This document shows, piece by piece, positions 9,600-22,678 of a stretch of DNA of 64,000 nucleotides. Each line of letters starts with the position of its first letter. The stretch's first letter is position 1. The DNA comes from Cyanidioschyzon merolae. Taxonomy: Eukaryota. The stretch lies in the NCBI GenBank assembly GCA_000091205.1, contig AP006492.2; one strand, given 5' to 3'. A program made the translations under genes and the position numbers. The notes under the pieces were generated by a model. It had not been told where the DNA came from, ran no database searches, and worked only from the letters and a program-made list of their open reading frames with translations.

Positions 9600-10560
9600 T
9601 CAAGAAGCCCGCCCGTTAGCAGTTGCGCGCAGAGCCGAAGCGCATCCTAGACTCTTTAGCATCAAATTCTGGAAGACCAGCATTGTTCACCAGCACGCTC
9701 GGAAAGTTGTTCCCGATGTATAGATACGGTGCTCCATTCTTGATGGATTGCTGAACCGACCCAAACCAATGCCTTGCTCCGGACGGAAATCCGCTGGTCT
9801 CTCTCCTCGCCACTGAAATCTTTTTTTCAAGGAAAGTCTTCAGCGTTTCTGCACAATGCGCTGACCAGGGACGAAACGATCGCCTCGAGCATTCTCACAA
9901 TACAAAGCCGCTGGACGCTCAGGAAGCATGAAACATTTCGGGATGTTGTTCGAGGCGGTCAAGTCTCTGTGCAGTACGTGCTTGTACGCATAATCGAGGA
10001 TGCAATCACAGCATAGCGAGCCACTCGATTTCAATTGCCCTCGCCGGCTGACGTTTGTTCCGCTTACCGCACACCATCTCGTGTATTCGTCAAGGTTTTA
10101 CGCTCCTGTTCTCGGCCAGTGTCAGCGTGCACCCCTGCTCTTTACCCGTGCATGTCAACATGAACGCATCAATAGGAAGCATCGGGATTGAATCGTGCTT
10201 TCGTTGGATACTCTCGTCAATGGAGCGGGAATGCAATTATTTGGAAGCTGCAGCACGACCAGCGCCGCAGAATACCGCCAAGGGTGCCAAGCATTGGTCA
10301 TTTTCATCTCATAGCGATTGAACAAGTACGCGAAAGCACGCTTCTTTCATCCGCACAACCGAATGCGCTTTTATGCACTCGCACCAAAGATGTTCCGCAT
10401 GAGCCATTCGGACATGCGTGGCCTCTCTTAAGCTTACGTTCAAGACATTCGCGTGTTTCAGACACGTTGCTCAAAGCGTCGACATTTGGCCATAAATCCG
10501 CCATTCCACGTGCTCGTATGCGTGCTGGCATCCATCGTGCCTGACTCTCGATGGTGCCGT
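9600..10560. repeat. Diverged paralogous segment (partner at 32260..32900); gene fragment or repeat family of unknown function
   Basis: Nucleotide similarity, e.g. 'gaaagtcttcag..tttgc.cacaatgc' and 'cttggacgctc...agca..aaac'. Translated + frames align ('ETI.S..S.WTL..H.T...V.RG......VLVR', 'TAHH'). Confidence 0.4.
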
Positions 10561-12062
10561 ACCCTGGAAAGTCATGTCTTATTGCATCTTCTGTCCAGAT
10601 CATCAGTTTTCGCACGTAGGTTTCTGTCGATAAATCCCCGAGGAATGTGAGAAGCTGGCATCCCTGCGTCCAGAACACCTATAAATCGTTGCCTGGTTAG
10701 CTCTGCCCAGGCGAGCGAAGCTTGGCGTGCCTTTCTCGTGGAAGACGCTGCGTCAACTTTCATGATGTCCTGCACGCTGCTTTTTGGTAGATTTTGCCCG
10801 TCGCTTTGTCTAGGTAGCGATGCCCTGAAACCCGATGCAGACTGGTCATAGCGCTCTGGCAGGTTGTCATTCCTGGCCTTACACTTCATTGTTCAGCTGC
10901 ATCTTCTTCTGTTTGGATTGCTTGCTTTTACTCCTTCTCCTCTACTTGATGTGCTTCCATAGTTGTGATTGTTATACTTCGCACCCGTTTCCTCTCGGAA
11001 CTTAGACGTACAGGGTAGACGGTTGCACTGGAACCCGTCTTTTTCATCTATGAGCGGATCTAGCGTTCCTCAGGTTCCATGTCGTTAACTCCGCCATGGC
11101 GAGCACGCCCACGGACTCTCGCGCACCTGTACGCTCGCTCTGGTGCACGAGCACACAACCAATGGTTCAGCCCAGAGCGGACAACGGTAGATAACGACGT
11201 GTCGAAGCGCCTATTTGGCCCAGATGCGAACGGCCCGTGTACTGATCCGCCCGCGTAAAACTGGCGTTTGAGAACAGAGAAGACGTCTTTGACTCCACCG
11301 AACCAGGACAGCTGGACTGGAACAAAGAGCAGTTCGACGTACCGATAAGCTGCAAAGTCCCGGGCTGCTTTTGAGCAGCGCAAGGCGGCGGCGTCGAAGA
11401 GCAGGGCACAAGTACATGGTAAGGAGAATTCATGGGATGCCTCGACGAAGAATGAAGTGATGAATGATGACGTCCGTTTTGCGATTCGTAGGCGGTCACA
11501 CAATCGCATTCCCTCCAGGGATGATGTTGTTATCAAGAGGCTCGCTTGTGTCTTTTCTACGAACGGCGGTCTGCCGCTCTCTGAGTACTAACGTACGAAT
11601 CTGCCATTCCTCCCGAATGCCGTTTCATCGAGTGAGACGAATGCCCGTGCTTCCTTTCATTTGCATTCGCGTTTCACGACAAAGTCAATGGTGCGTTGTT
11701 CAGCGCGCGATGCTATTCGATAGAATCGCGCATTTTTCTTTATCCATCCGTTTCTCTTGATTGCCGATTATATATGAAAGTCACAGAAGCTTCGTCCCCA
11801 ATAGGTTCTTCAGTATGGTTTCTTATAAACCGCATTTAGTGGAATGGATGAACCTTTAGACAGAGTTTGACAAGTTCTTTCTAAGGCGGACGATGTTCAG
11901 GATAAGAACTACGCACAGAGTGGTGTATCCACTTGCCCACAGTGGCATAACGAACTTGCAAAAGTAAATCCGTTTCCTCCAAGCCAGCGCCGACTGCGCA
12001 GTATCCTTCCGCATCATTTCCGCGTCTACTAGATACATGCTATCTTTGGAACCGTTCAATGA

Positions 12063-12081
12063 AAACAAACAAACAAACAAA
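12063..12081. repeat. (AAAC)n microsatellite
   Basis: aaacaaacaaacaaacaaa. Confidence 0.8.
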
Positions 12082-12245
12082 GCGAAGAAGGATGCACAGA
12101 TACAGACGTCCCAGAATGCACTGACCTGGGTTTGATCTCCTTGCGCGCACCCTGGTCACGACGCCTGGCGGTATGCCGCTGGTGCTTCAGCTGCTTTCTG
12201 GTGTCGCAGCGGACCGACGGATGCGTCGGTGACACCACCCGAACG

Positions 12246-13088
12246 ATGAACGTATGGTTGCTTGGCAGAGGAGAGCTTCGACGCCGTCACGATGACGTGC
12301 TCCAGCTGGAAAGAGCTTTCCTGACGGACCGCACTGGCCTGCACTTTGTGAACGCGCGAAGCTCCGAGGACCTTCTTGCTCTTGCGGAATCCAGACGTGC
12401 GGAACAGCAGTGGCCAGTGCTTGACGCTGAATGGATATCACCGGTGGGCACCGATACCTGTGACGACCTGGTCTGGCAGAACCTTGAAAGCACGCTGGAT
12501 GGCCGACCGGATACGTTCTATTCGACGGCAGGCTTTGAGGCCGGCAACACGCTCAGTGGCACTGGTGAGCTTGCCCCAGGCGAGGCGTTCCTAGCGTATC
12601 GCTTTTGGCGCCCAGTTCGAGTGTACGCGGTTCAGCTGCGTGCATTCCAAGCGGACTTTCACCCTGGTCGGCCGGTCTATCCGTTTCAGGTGGCACGAGT
12701 GGGTGTAGGCTGTAGTCTACAGGCCGGTATGTCGCTGAGCTACGGTGCAGACGCGTCGGCGCCGGGCACCTCTTGCAACTATCGGTGTTTCTGCACCACT
12801 GAACAACAGACCTTGGTTTTCGACGACCCGATGGTGGGTGTCTACCTTGTCATTTGCCTGAAAGGTTTTCCACAACAACAGCTAACTGATCGTCTGCACT
12901 ACGCTGCTGTGTCGGGGATTCGAGTTTTCGGAGAACCTATCTCATCTCCAGCGCTGGAGAACGAGCTTTCGTGCCTTATATCCAGAGGATTCATACTAGA
13001 TGGTCGAGATGCAGCTAGGTGGCTGGATCTACGCAGCGCGCAAGAGCACGCGGCACCGATGCATATTCCAGAAGACGAAGTCATTTGA
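12246..13088 (+). CDS. hypothetical protein (no recognisable domain)
   Basis: Long ORF; first ATG at 12246 (ORF-track start 12132 is TTG). Confidence 0.3.
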   Translation: MNVWLLGRGELRRRHDDVLQLERAFLTDRTGLHFVNARSSEDLLALAESRRAEQQWPVLDAEWISPVGTDTCDDLVWQNLESTLDGRPDTFYSTAGFEAGNTLSGTGELAPGEAFLAYRFWRPVRVYAVQLRAFQADFHPGRPVYPFQVARVGVGCSLQAGMSLSYGADASAPGTSCNYRCFCTTEQQTLVFDDPMVGVYLVICLKGFPQQQLTDRLHYAAVSGIRVFGEPISSPALENELSCLISRGFILDGRDAARWLDLRSAQEHAAPMHIPEDEVI

Positions 13089-13984
13089 GCGAGATGCCGC
13101 TCACGTGCAGTACATTATTGTTCTGGGTGGCTGGCTCTGAGCATCTGTACGGTAGGCTTGCGGGATATTGTCGAAAGAAAGAGGGCGATCACTGTTTCGA
13201 TGCGTACGGTTTCGGCGCTGCGGCTTCGTTTGGGATCCACGCCAACGCACCCGCAGCCGATGCCCAGGTGACTCTTGCGAATGAGCGACCCGCGAGTTTC
13301 CGCAGAGTGATGATGCGTTCTGCGAACTGCGAACGATGTTGTGCAAGCGAGCCACTCTGGAGGTTTTATCTTGTATTGGTTGTTGTCGCGGTCTGGAGCA
13401 TGTGGCCAGTACCAGATCGTCACGCCTTGTCTGCATCGAGATGCGCATTCCAGGCATACGACGCGGTATGAAACCGCGCGGAGCCGTTGCAATGCATCGC
13501 AGATGGGATGTTTTGTATATTCTGGTAACGACGCTGAGGGATGCTGCTGTTGCTGCTGCGTTTGCATGTGAGGGCTACTAACGCCGTCGCCTCCGTGCCC
13601 TGGCAGGAGTCCCGGCAGCGCACCTTCATGTATTTGTGCCCAGATACTTAGGCAAGATGACCAGAGCAGATTGGATCAAAAGCTCACTCGGATAAAATGC
13701 CAAGTGCATTGCTCATGGGACAGCCCGCACTTGGCGTATGCCGGCGCATACGCTTCGCGCTCGTGCAGCACCGAGGTTGGCACATGCTCTCTTTCGAATA
13801 ATCCTTGCGATCGGTCGCGCTGTTGACGTTGCGAAGTTCTCTATGAACAGCATCCTTGGGGTTCACTCGAGCGTTCAAACAGCTTCCTTGGCCCGAAATG
13901 CTCGCCATCTGGACTCAAGCACCAGGATAAAGATGAAAGTTCCATTGCTCCGAAGTGCTCAGCGGCTCGAAACCAGAATCTGTA

Positions 13985-14614
13985 TCATCTAGCGGTTCCT
14001 CGGTACCGTTCCCGAAACATGCTTTTTACGCGCCATACACGCCAACCAAGGGTGCTGAACAGCACCATCATTTCGACCAAGGTCATGACTCGGAGCCGAC
14101 GCATGCTCTGTCGCAGTTTGCCCTTCGTTCGTAGGTCTTCGTGTAACGCGTGTTGCGCACGATACTTCAGGTCCTCCAGGGTTTGCGCCAGCGTTAAAAC
14201 AGAGCGCTCAAACCGTTTCAGCTGACCTTTTTTCAACAACGCCTCTAGCTCTGGGAAGTGCGGGGCGCTGATTCCGAACCGTACGCTCGCTGCGGGTGGC
14301 TCCGCAACCCAGCAGAAACAGTAGTCCCCATCGTCAGGCGCCTGGAAAACAAGCTCTGCAGCAGGCCCTTTGGCAGTTTCTAACCGTTTCCGTCCGTCAA
14401 GGGTACTGACCCATGCACGTACTCGCGTTCGTTCCCACTGAAGCGGATAGAACGCCGCCCTTACCCTTTGACCAGTATAGAGACTCTCAAGGACACACGT
14501 CTCGGTTGTGGAGCTGGAGCTCTTCGGATCGAATATAAGCGCGAGCCCCTCGAAAGCCAATAGAAATAGGATAAACAAACAACTTGATGCAATCTTCTTC
14601 GACCTCGCCGTCAT
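13985..14614 (-). CDS. p24/emp24 (TMED, GOLD-domain) cargo receptor
   Basis: N-terminal hydrophobic signal ('SSCLFILFLLAFEGLA'), GOLD-like domain, coiled-coil region, C-terminal 'LRVMTLVEMMVLFSTLGWRVWRVKSMFRER' matching the p24 'RV..WS...LV....Q...LK.FF' tail. Confidence 0.55.
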   Translation of the reverse strand: MTARSKKIASSCLFILFLLAFEGLALIFDPKSSSSTTETCVLESLYTGQRVRAAFYPLQWERTRVRAWVSTLDGRKRLETAKGPAAELVFQAPDDGDYCFCWVAEPPAASVRFGISAPHFPELEALLKKGQLKRFERSVLTLAQTLEDLKYRAQHALHEDLRTKGKLRQSMRRLRVMTLVEMMVLFSTLGWRVWRVKSMFRERYRGTAR

Positions 14615-14671
14615 ATTGTAGCTGCGGAGGCGCGCTTTTCTGTTTCGATCCGTGTTGGTAACGCGTGTGCG

Positions 14672-17205
14672 TATGCGTGTGTGTTTGCACGTGCACGCCC
14701 GACACCGCCAAACGTCTTTCAAAAGAAAAACGGTGTCACCGGCGGTGTAGAGGCGGCGAAACCCGCCTTAGACTAGACGTCATTAACTAACTTGCAGACG
14801 CCTCCCCGTCTTTTTCGACCGGCCACCCACTACTGCTTCCCATTTCTTCTCATATAGTTCCACTTTCAGTGACTGTCCAACAAAGAGCTCTCTTGTCTGC
14901 TCTGGAGGTCTTGTCTCCAGCACCGCTCATTTCCTTATATTGATGGCAGCATTAAAGTCGCGGTTCACAAACTCCATACGTTTCTTGCCATCACTGGTTG
15001 CACTTACTAATGCAAAGAGTCCACGAACTTTCGCCCTCCTTTCCATTAGCTCCTCCGTCAGCGGTCCGTACTTTGCTATGTCCTTAGGGCTCCGCTGGCA
15101 CATTTTCATCTCGACCCTCTGAAGTTTACAACCCAGCTCATGGTGTGTATAAGATGTTCGGAACTCGTCTGCAGGTATTGTAACAAAACGCCGTGCACAC
15201 TCCTTGTACGTTCTCGTCGTTGGAGCTGGCGGAGTCCCTTTTTGGGTCATCCAGTGCACCGCTCTGTGCGCTACGACGAGCCTTTGAGTCTTGTCCTCTT
15301 TCGAGGCGCTCAACTCATGGAAAAAGTTCGCGAATGCACGCTGCTTTCCACAATACAGATTCATACACAGACGAGCTCACATGGGCTTTGTATACTCCTC
15401 CCACAGCGCCTCCCAATGAGCAACACGAACTTCCATGAATTTCCGAAAAGCTGTAAAGTCCGCTCCTCGGCTCGTCACCTCGCTCATAGCTTCCAGGTGC
15501 TCTTTCATTCCTGAATTCCACGTCTCAGTTTTCTTCCTCGCATTCATGGTTCCCGATTCCCGGTAATATCTCGCATTCGAGAGCTTGAACACACGCATGT
15601 CTTTCTGACGTAATTTGCCGTCAGTACCGTCTTCCGCACGCTTGGGTGCAGCAAGGGCTAGGATGTTCGTGCTCCCAGGGTCAAGGCCAACGACCAAGTC
15701 GTTCTCCTGCACCTCCTGCGTCGCAGGAACTGTCTCCTTGTTTTCTCCATGCTTCGTCACGGGCGAAGCCGAAGGCATGATAGGATGATCCGCATTCAAG
15801 CGCCGACACTGTAAGCATATGGATACCCCATCGATATGGATGATCCCTGTGAATGCTTTTTTCGTGCTCGTATTGAGACGTTTGAAATAGAAGATAGTCT
15901 TCCAATGAGTCTCCCGGTTATCGCCGGTGAACTCTATCTGCCTTACATCGAATTCCAGACTGATCTCCATCATGATGCCGTAAAGGACTCTGGAGTCGAT
16001 CGTCACGAAGCATGACTTGACGTTGCACAACTGAAAGACGTTGAAGCACTTGCCCTGAAGCGCAGTCTTCCGTTTCACCGACTCTTCACGTTTTCCCCGC
16101 TCAGCTCCATCTACGCCTTGCGTTCGAATTCTCGGTTCAGGAGCACGATATAGCGCAGGATGAGGGGATAACATCTTTTTTCATATCTGATACCCTCTCT
16201 GCTCGATCGACCTGCCCCAAGACTGCACGATGCTCTTTAATAGCCGGACGGATTACAGAAGCTTCGTTTCTGCTTCGGCGTGACGTCTTCTCGTCGAAAA
16301 ATTCGATCTGCTGTTCGTGCTGGCGATAAGTCCTGATTTCATTGATGCTAGCCCACATCCCCTGGCGAGAGAGGTCGGGGTTCAGCGCAAACATAGTGCG
16401 TATCATGAAACGTTCGAAGTTCACGATCATATGGTTCTTCAGGTCCGTGAGGTACTTAATTGCCCCGCAGGTGTATATATTCGAGTCACGCTCGTGTCGA
16501 GTGCCGTCGAAGCGGAATTTGGAGCGATTTGCATGGAGGGCATGCGGTCGCTCAGTTTCCGTCGACGTTTCCTCTGTGCCAAGCCTCAGGTGACGAATAA
16601 AGGCCTGGTCGAAAAATTCTTCCGGAACCTGGACTGTTTTCATGTGCGTCACGTCCCGAAACATCTCCTTCACCAAATGCACTAGCCATGACGAAGCCTT
16701 TATAAAACTCATAGAGTACGACTCGACGCAGTTTCTAATGGCGTCTCGTAACTTTTCCTCGTACGGATCCTTGATATGTCGACGAAGACAGGCTTTCGCC
16801 ACCATCTCGTCGTACTGTCATCTTGCTCGCAGCCTTTGTCGTAGGGCCCCCTGCCTCAGCTTTTTCGTCTTTTCCAGTTCCTTTTTGCTCTGGCTGCCGG
16901 CGACTACAGCCCTCAAAGATCCTCCACTTTCATTTCCATAACTCTTCTTTTTTTATGTTTTTGAGCAAAAACACACTTTGAACGCTTCTGCTATAAACCG
17001 CGAATAGTCACTTGAATCCACTCCCATGAGGGTCAAAGCACAATTGAACTGAAAAACTCTACCTTGCTACGACTTGAAAGCAAATACAACTTGCACGTTA
17101 GAACTACAGATCAACGAATAGTCAGGATTGCGTTCCCTTTCAACGGCGATACGCGCGTCGTGTCTCATGGATGCCAGAGCTCTCGGGTGCGCGTATCGGC
17201 CACGC
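14672..17205 (-). mobile_element. Fanzor/TnpB-like element, copy B (inverted relative to A; boundaries +/- 40 bp)
   Basis: 3' segment 14707..14926 is the exact reverse complement of A 4977..5052. The 5' leader 16806..17205 is homologous to A 2285..2717 and to the C/D leaders. Confidence 0.5.
14927..16805 (-). pseudogene. Fanzor (TnpB-like) ORF, copy B (frameshift near 16150, in-frame TGA near 15366, extra stop after 'NAAINI')
   Basis: Proteins from 14927..15364, 15377..16174 and 16137..16805 match the A fragments. Same RuvC-I '[17 protein letters not shown]' and RuvC-III 'FVNRDFNAAINI'. Confidence 0.55.
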
Positions 17206-17910
17206 TATGTAGAACAAAGAACAGAGACTCACTACTAACTCGCAACGAGATAACAATTTCTTTTCCCCACTATGATAAATGTTAAAAGTGGGCAACGGTT
17301 TCCGCACTGTCGAACGTTTACCTTCTCGGCGGAAGGTCCCACGAGCCAGACGAGTCTGCCGGGCTAGTGCTTCGTGCACAAGCGAGCGACGAGTTCAGTG
17401 GCGAGACCTGAGCAGCTCGTCCGCAACGTAGTTTATTCTGGGACTAGGATCGGGTAGCCTGCGTCTGGGCGTCACTCTTGTTGCAGTGGCCTCCTAGTAT
17501 ATCAATTCGGATTGCCGCCTGTACTAGGTCCGTCTGCGCTGCTTGCAGGCTCCCAGAATGATTATGAATCCCAGATCCCCATCAGGTGAAGCTTTCCTCG
17601 ATCCGACGCCCTCTGTGGTTTGGCAACGCCGTTCTGCCTCCCTGCAGCATCTGCCCAGAGGTTTAGGCGCCATCGCCGATGCTCAAAGCAGGCAATCGGC
17701 ACACGATAGAACATACGAAACGACCAGTACATCCGAGAGAAAGTATAAGTAATGGAACTAGAAGACAGGGCACAGCATAATAAGTGTCTTCCCGTTTGCC
17801 TGTGACGATCCCGCAATCTGGGATCCATGGACCATAGAGACAATGTACAACCATGAAAAATACGGCCCAAGAGGCAGCCAGCGCATCCTTTTTGACCGTT
17901 ATGTACATAA

Positions 17911-19134
17911 ATGTGTATTAACGACCAACTGCCCGTCACGACACCGCCGTCACGAATTTTTCAAACGCCCACACCGGGTGCCAGCCCAACGTGCGCGCGC
18001 CGGCATACGTGTGCCGCGGCACTTTGCGGCTTTCGCGTGAATGTCAACAGCGTGAGCGTGCAGAGCCTCCGCATGCGGCCAACGGAGAAAACCTTCCACT
18101 TTCGGCGCAGATCAGAGTCTCCCGCTGGGGGTGCTGCGAAGCTGCCCGCACGCTCGGACTCTGAGCAACGATCTTGCGGTGTCCAGAACGAAAACAGAGC
18201 CGTTGTAGTGGCGGGCGAGGCAGCGGCGACAAGCGTTTGCGCGGAGCCCTGCGCTGGTGACAAATCGTCTGTCGGTATCCAAAAGCGGCACGGTGAACAA
18301 CAGTCAACGGGTGTGGTGCGTGGACTCGAGGCAGTAGTCTCTGCGAACGGGTTGCTCTGTGAGCGTATTCCGCGCGACATAGCCCAGGAGGTGCGGCTGC
18401 TCCGTCTGTGCGAGTGGTTCGCGCTTGCCTCTCTTGACGGTTTCCGCCAGCGCCTCGTCGCCTCCCAGGACCTTTACCAGAAAACTGCAGGTCTTGAATG
18501 CGTATCTGAGAACGAGCTGTGCTGTTGTATTGCGCTCTTTGAGGGTGCGGTATCCACGTTCTTGAAAGACATAGAGGAGCGTTTTGTCACACCAAATCGC
18601 TTACTCACCAGCGCGCCTCCAGATACTCCAGAATCTGAGGAGCGTCCACGTTTAGAGGAGCTGACCTTCGCCGATGTGAACAGGTTGTTGCAAAGACCAA
18701 TGCGACCGAACAAACACAACCAGCGAATGCGCAAATCCCTCAGCGCCCTTACTGCACTTGAAGCTCTGTATGACCGTGAAATTGCTGGCTGGGAGGACGT
18801 TCAGAATTTCCTGCACGATGAGAATCAAGAGGCTATGGAGTCGGATGAAGCATGCGCCCTTTCGCCCGTTGACTCGACGCAAACCGACCAGGCGCTGCAT
18901 GATATACGCGACCACCAAAAGCGTTTAGAGGAAAATATTCTACTCCATCTAGACCAGCTGGAGCGACATCTGCAGCGCCTGTTCCTCAGGTACCAAGCAG
19001 CTGATGAGTTCTGTCTCAGCACCGCGCGTCGTATTAACTCAGATGCATTCGCCGGCCTCGTCGACATCGGAGAGACCCGAAAACTGCTCGCGAATGCGCC
19101 ATCAGCCGTCTGGCTAGAGCAAGCGGAAGCCTGA
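17911..19134 (+). CDS. hypothetical protein (no recognisable domain; true start may be internal)
   Basis: 407-aa ORF starting at an ATG; coiled-coil-like C-terminal half. Confidence 0.3.
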   Translation: MCINDQLPVTTPPSRIFQTPTPGASPTCARRHTCAAALCGFRVNVNSVSVQSLRMRPTEKTFHFRRRSESPAGGAAKLPARSDSEQRSCGVQNENRAVVVAGEAAATSVCAEPCAGDKSSVGIQKRHGEQQSTGVVRGLEAVVSANGLLCERIPRDIAQEVRLLRLCEWFALASLDGFRQRLVASQDLYQKTAGLECVSENELCCCIALFEGAVSTFLKDIEERFVTPNRLLTSAPPDTPESEERPRLEELTFADVNRLLQRPMRPNKHNQRMRKSLSALTALEALYDREIAGWEDVQNFLHDENQEAMESDEACALSPVDSTQTDQALHDIRDHQKRLEENILLHLDQLERHLQRLFLRYQAADEFCLSTARRINSDAFAGLVDIGETRKLLANAPSAVWLEQAEA

Positions 19135-20335
19135 GCAAGGCATTTTACACGCGCCACATGATCAACACCAGTGTCGACATACGCTCCCGGTTTCACGCTC
19201 ACGGTCTGTGGTGTGTTACCCACAAAAGTGGGCGGTGTTTCACGGGAACGATGAGCAAGCTACCGCCACTGATGAGCCTCAATCTCCACGTGCGTGTCAC
19301 CAGGTTTAGTCGATGCCACTGCGCCGCGTCTACTGATATCACTGGCATTGCCCGCCGAGCGCCAAATGCTTGAAAGTAAAATGAGCTCAAGTGAGAATAC
19401 GATGCCCTGGACCAATGAATGAGCGGGATTCGAATTGTTTTTCGTTGCGTCATAGACGGAATGGCAGAATTTAGCGAGTCGTCGAACCCGCGGCTCGCCA
19501 GCAGCGTCCGTGTTCATCATGAATGTACGCAGTCACGAGCTCGTTGCTCGCAAGCGATGTTCGCGCCACATTGGAACTGGAGACTCACGGACAATATGCT
19601 TCGGTTCGAGCCCACACTTCTATGCACGGAGCATGCCGGCAGTGTTTGTAGCTTCGATCCTACCTCTGTAAAAGGCTATCACTATGGTTTCCACCACGTT
19701 CCCGCTTTCACCTGCCAGGGAACGGAAACGACGACGACGCACCGGGGAACGCTGTCGCCTCCGAGCGTTGCCGCCACGCTCCAGACAGCATTGCAGAGAG
19801 TGCTTACCCATCTCTCTCCTAGACAACGGTGTTGACTGATGAACCAGCCCCGAAACTCGTTTTTGTCCTGGATCCTGTGGACTCGGCTGCCGAATTGTGC
19901 TCGGATAGGTTAAACATCAAGTATCAGTGACGTCTGAAGCTCGACCTTGGCTCGAGCGTTTACCTTCTTTTGCACGGTACGTGCGGCACGTTGCTTCTCC
20001 CAAAGTGCATTCGTGCACGTGTCCTGCACAGCGTACTGGAGTCCGTTATTAGAAGAACGCTCTCAGGGAAACTCCTGCTCCATAGTCGCTTACAACCACC
20101 GGCTTACGCGAAGAAGACGCCATGAAGGCAACGTATTTCTGACAGCTATAGTCGTTCACGTACGTGGTACAGTCCAATATAGTCAAATAAAGTTCAATAC
20201 AGTATCGTACAGCCAAATTTAGTACAATAAAGAAAAAACATTCTAAACCCGTCTAATGCAGTACAGTCCAATGCCCTTTGGCGACGCGCGACTACAATCC
20301 ATGCAACCGCCATCGTATCGTATCGTATCTCAGTC

Positions 20336-21697
20336 ATGGAGCCGCAGACGGTTCAGGAGCTCGAGCTCTCCTACGGTGCTCGGGAGTTAATCCACAAGAC
20401 AGCGGAATTTGTCCGTAAGCACGCGGGTACGGATGTGGAGCAGCGGCTGCTGGCCCGCGAACCGAGCAAGTTTGCGTTTTTACAAGAGCAGCACCCCTGG
20501 CACAACGAATACCTCCGCGCCCTACTGGGCGAGGCTGCTGACGTTGTGACACCGCCCCAAGCAGACGCTTGTGCTGCGAAAGCGACTGGAAATGGCGATG
20601 TCATCACTACAGTCACATCGGACGCAATCTCGTTTGAGCAATACCTTCCGTACAAAGATTTTTTCCCGGCGTTGCGATCAGCAAACCTGGTGCTCGCTCT
20701 GGGCGGTACTCTTGAGGAGTGGCGAACGCGTCGACGCGAGCTGCTGTGTGCCCCTACAGCGTCAGAGCTGCAAGTGATGCGGCTGGTTGCGTCACACATG
20801 GCCCTGCGAGTGTTTTGCTCGGCCTTGCCGCCGCAACAGCGCGAGACCGAGGCTCCGGCGTCTGCGAGCCCTATCGCTGACGACTTGCGATGCTGCAGCG
20901 ATATCTGTTCGGGGGAGAAGCGTGGACTCAGCTCGGAACTACAGCGGGAGCTTCTCAGTTTGCTGGAGAAACAACCACGTTTGCTCGCGTTCCTACTGCC
21001 CCAACATGTTTATCATCCAATATTCCACCGGTTCCTCGAAGCGAGCGCAGATCTGCTGCACACGGCAGTCAATGGCGCTGCATTTGAATCGATGCTTGGA
21101 AAGCTTGAATCTTTCAAGGACGACGAATGGGCTGTGTTCGCTGCGGCACGACAATGGGTACCACGTGACCGGTATGCAGCGCCAGATTCTGGTGAGCAAC
21201 TCACGTTTCATGAGCGTGTATCACGGGCTTTCGCACTTGGAGCAGTGAGGCGGCCTAGAAAGCTAGGAACCCTAGCGATAAGTGAGCGTATTCCCGAGCT
21301 TCAGCGCTTGTCGCAAGGCGTACCGCCGGTTGCAGCCAGGACGTCATACCCGAAATCGATACCAGCGCCAGGGAAGCGAAAGCCCAATATGGCCTCTGGA
21401 CCTGCTGCTACTGGACAGCCGCCGTTCAAACGGAGCATGGTGACGCCACGAACATCGACAACGAGCCGCGTGGATGCTCGCGCATCCGCTACGTCGGTTC
21501 CCCAGCGACCACACCATAGAGCGGAGACACAGGCCATTTCTGATCCCCGTGCCGCACCGTTGAGGCCGGAGCACCCGCGGACTCAGCAAACTCGTGGGTG
21601 GCAAAACCAGTCGCCACGCGAAATGCAACGAGGTGGTAGTGCACAGCGGCGCCCGATGAACCCGTCGCCACCGTTTAACGGTCATCACACACGATAG
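20336..21697 (+). CDS. SURP (SWAP/Surp) domain protein, probable splicing factor
   Basis: N-terminal SURP-module signature 'ELIHKTAEFVRKHAGTDVEQRLLAREPSKFAFLQEQHPWHNEYLRALL'. Pro/Arg-rich low-complexity C-terminus. Confidence 0.5.
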   Translation: MEPQTVQELELSYGARELIHKTAEFVRKHAGTDVEQRLLAREPSKFAFLQEQHPWHNEYLRALLGEAADVVTPPQADACAAKATGNGDVITTVTSDAISFEQYLPYKDFFPALRSANLVLALGGTLEEWRTRRRELLCAPTASELQVMRLVASHMALRVFCSALPPQQRETEAPASASPIADDLRCCSDICSGEKRGLSSELQRELLSLLEKQPRLLAFLLPQHVYHPIFHRFLEASADLLHTAVNGAAFESMLGKLESFKDDEWAVFAAARQWVPRDRYAAPDSGEQLTFHERVSRAFALGAVRRPRKLGTLAISERIPELQRLSQGVPPVAARTSYPKSIPAPGKRKPNMASGPAATGQPPFKRSMVTPRTSTTSRVDARASATSVPQRPHHRAETQAISDPRAAPLRPEHPRTQQTRGWQNQSPREMQRGGSAQRRPMNPSPPFNGHHTR

Positions 21698-22678
21698 CTC
21701 GTGAAAAGCATAAGACAGTCAATCCGAATGGTATGCTTGTATCTGCAGTCATGAAGATAGGCCGCACGTTGTGTGGCCGCTCAAGGCGGGTACCCGCGCA
21801 CTTGGTATTTCGATGATTTTTCGGCATTGCTGGCTCGCCAAGATCACGAAATCCATACAAGCGAAAGGTTTCGCGGGTATCGCATCAACGCAAAGGCATC
21901 CAAGCTTTCGGCACAATCGGTTTACGGTGCTTTACGCTCCAAATGCGTTGCACTGCGGGTCGCATGCAAACACGACCAACGATGCACGATCGCAGACGTC
22001 TCAAATCCTTGCACAGGACGCTGTCGACAACCTGGGGCAGTGCTCCTAATTAGGCTTTCGAATTTCAGCTAGAAAAAGCTTCAGTCAACAAGTTTGGCAT
22101 CGTATGCCTTTGCCAGTCAGGCCAAAGATACGGGTCCATTGAACGGGCTCGGGTTCAGCATTTTACCCGATATATAGGGTGCATCTGCGCGTTTCCTCGG
22201 ATCCCAGCGCGACGACGAACCACAGCTGCTGATCCTCGTACGTGATGAGACGCAGACGCTGTCAATCGTTCCACAAAAAGCTCGCCACAACAACGCGCGC
22301 CTCCGCTGCATTTCAATGAGGTCCATGGTATACGCTGGGAAGAGCCTGTCCGCGAATGGACCCCGGCATCGTCGAGCAACGCTAGTCGATACCCGTCGAC
22401 GCGTCACCAGGTGCTTGTGTCATAGTGCGAGGTCCGTGGCGATGGCACATTCAGCGTCGCACGAGGCATTCTAGATAGAGTCGGCATGTAAGATCTTTGC
22501 TAAAGGGTACCAATCATCATTGCAGCTTGGAGGTAGTCTGGCCTGAAGCTAGTGTAGCATCGTCATCCATGGAGAGGCACGGCAGTCGCTCACCTGGTTG
22601 CTGACCGCCCTCGCGCTTCCAGGGGATGCTGTTTCAGTACATCCACCTGACTGCACGAAGAAATCGTCGCGTTGGGTG

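Noticed and set aside
9616-9813. 'LVNNAG' (SDR NNAG-like motif) in a minus-strand ORF
   Set aside because: It is an isolated motif with no Rossmann 'TGxxxGxG' or 'YxxxK' nearby. The paralogous segment at 32.3 kb lacks it. Judged to be coincidence within a decayed segment.
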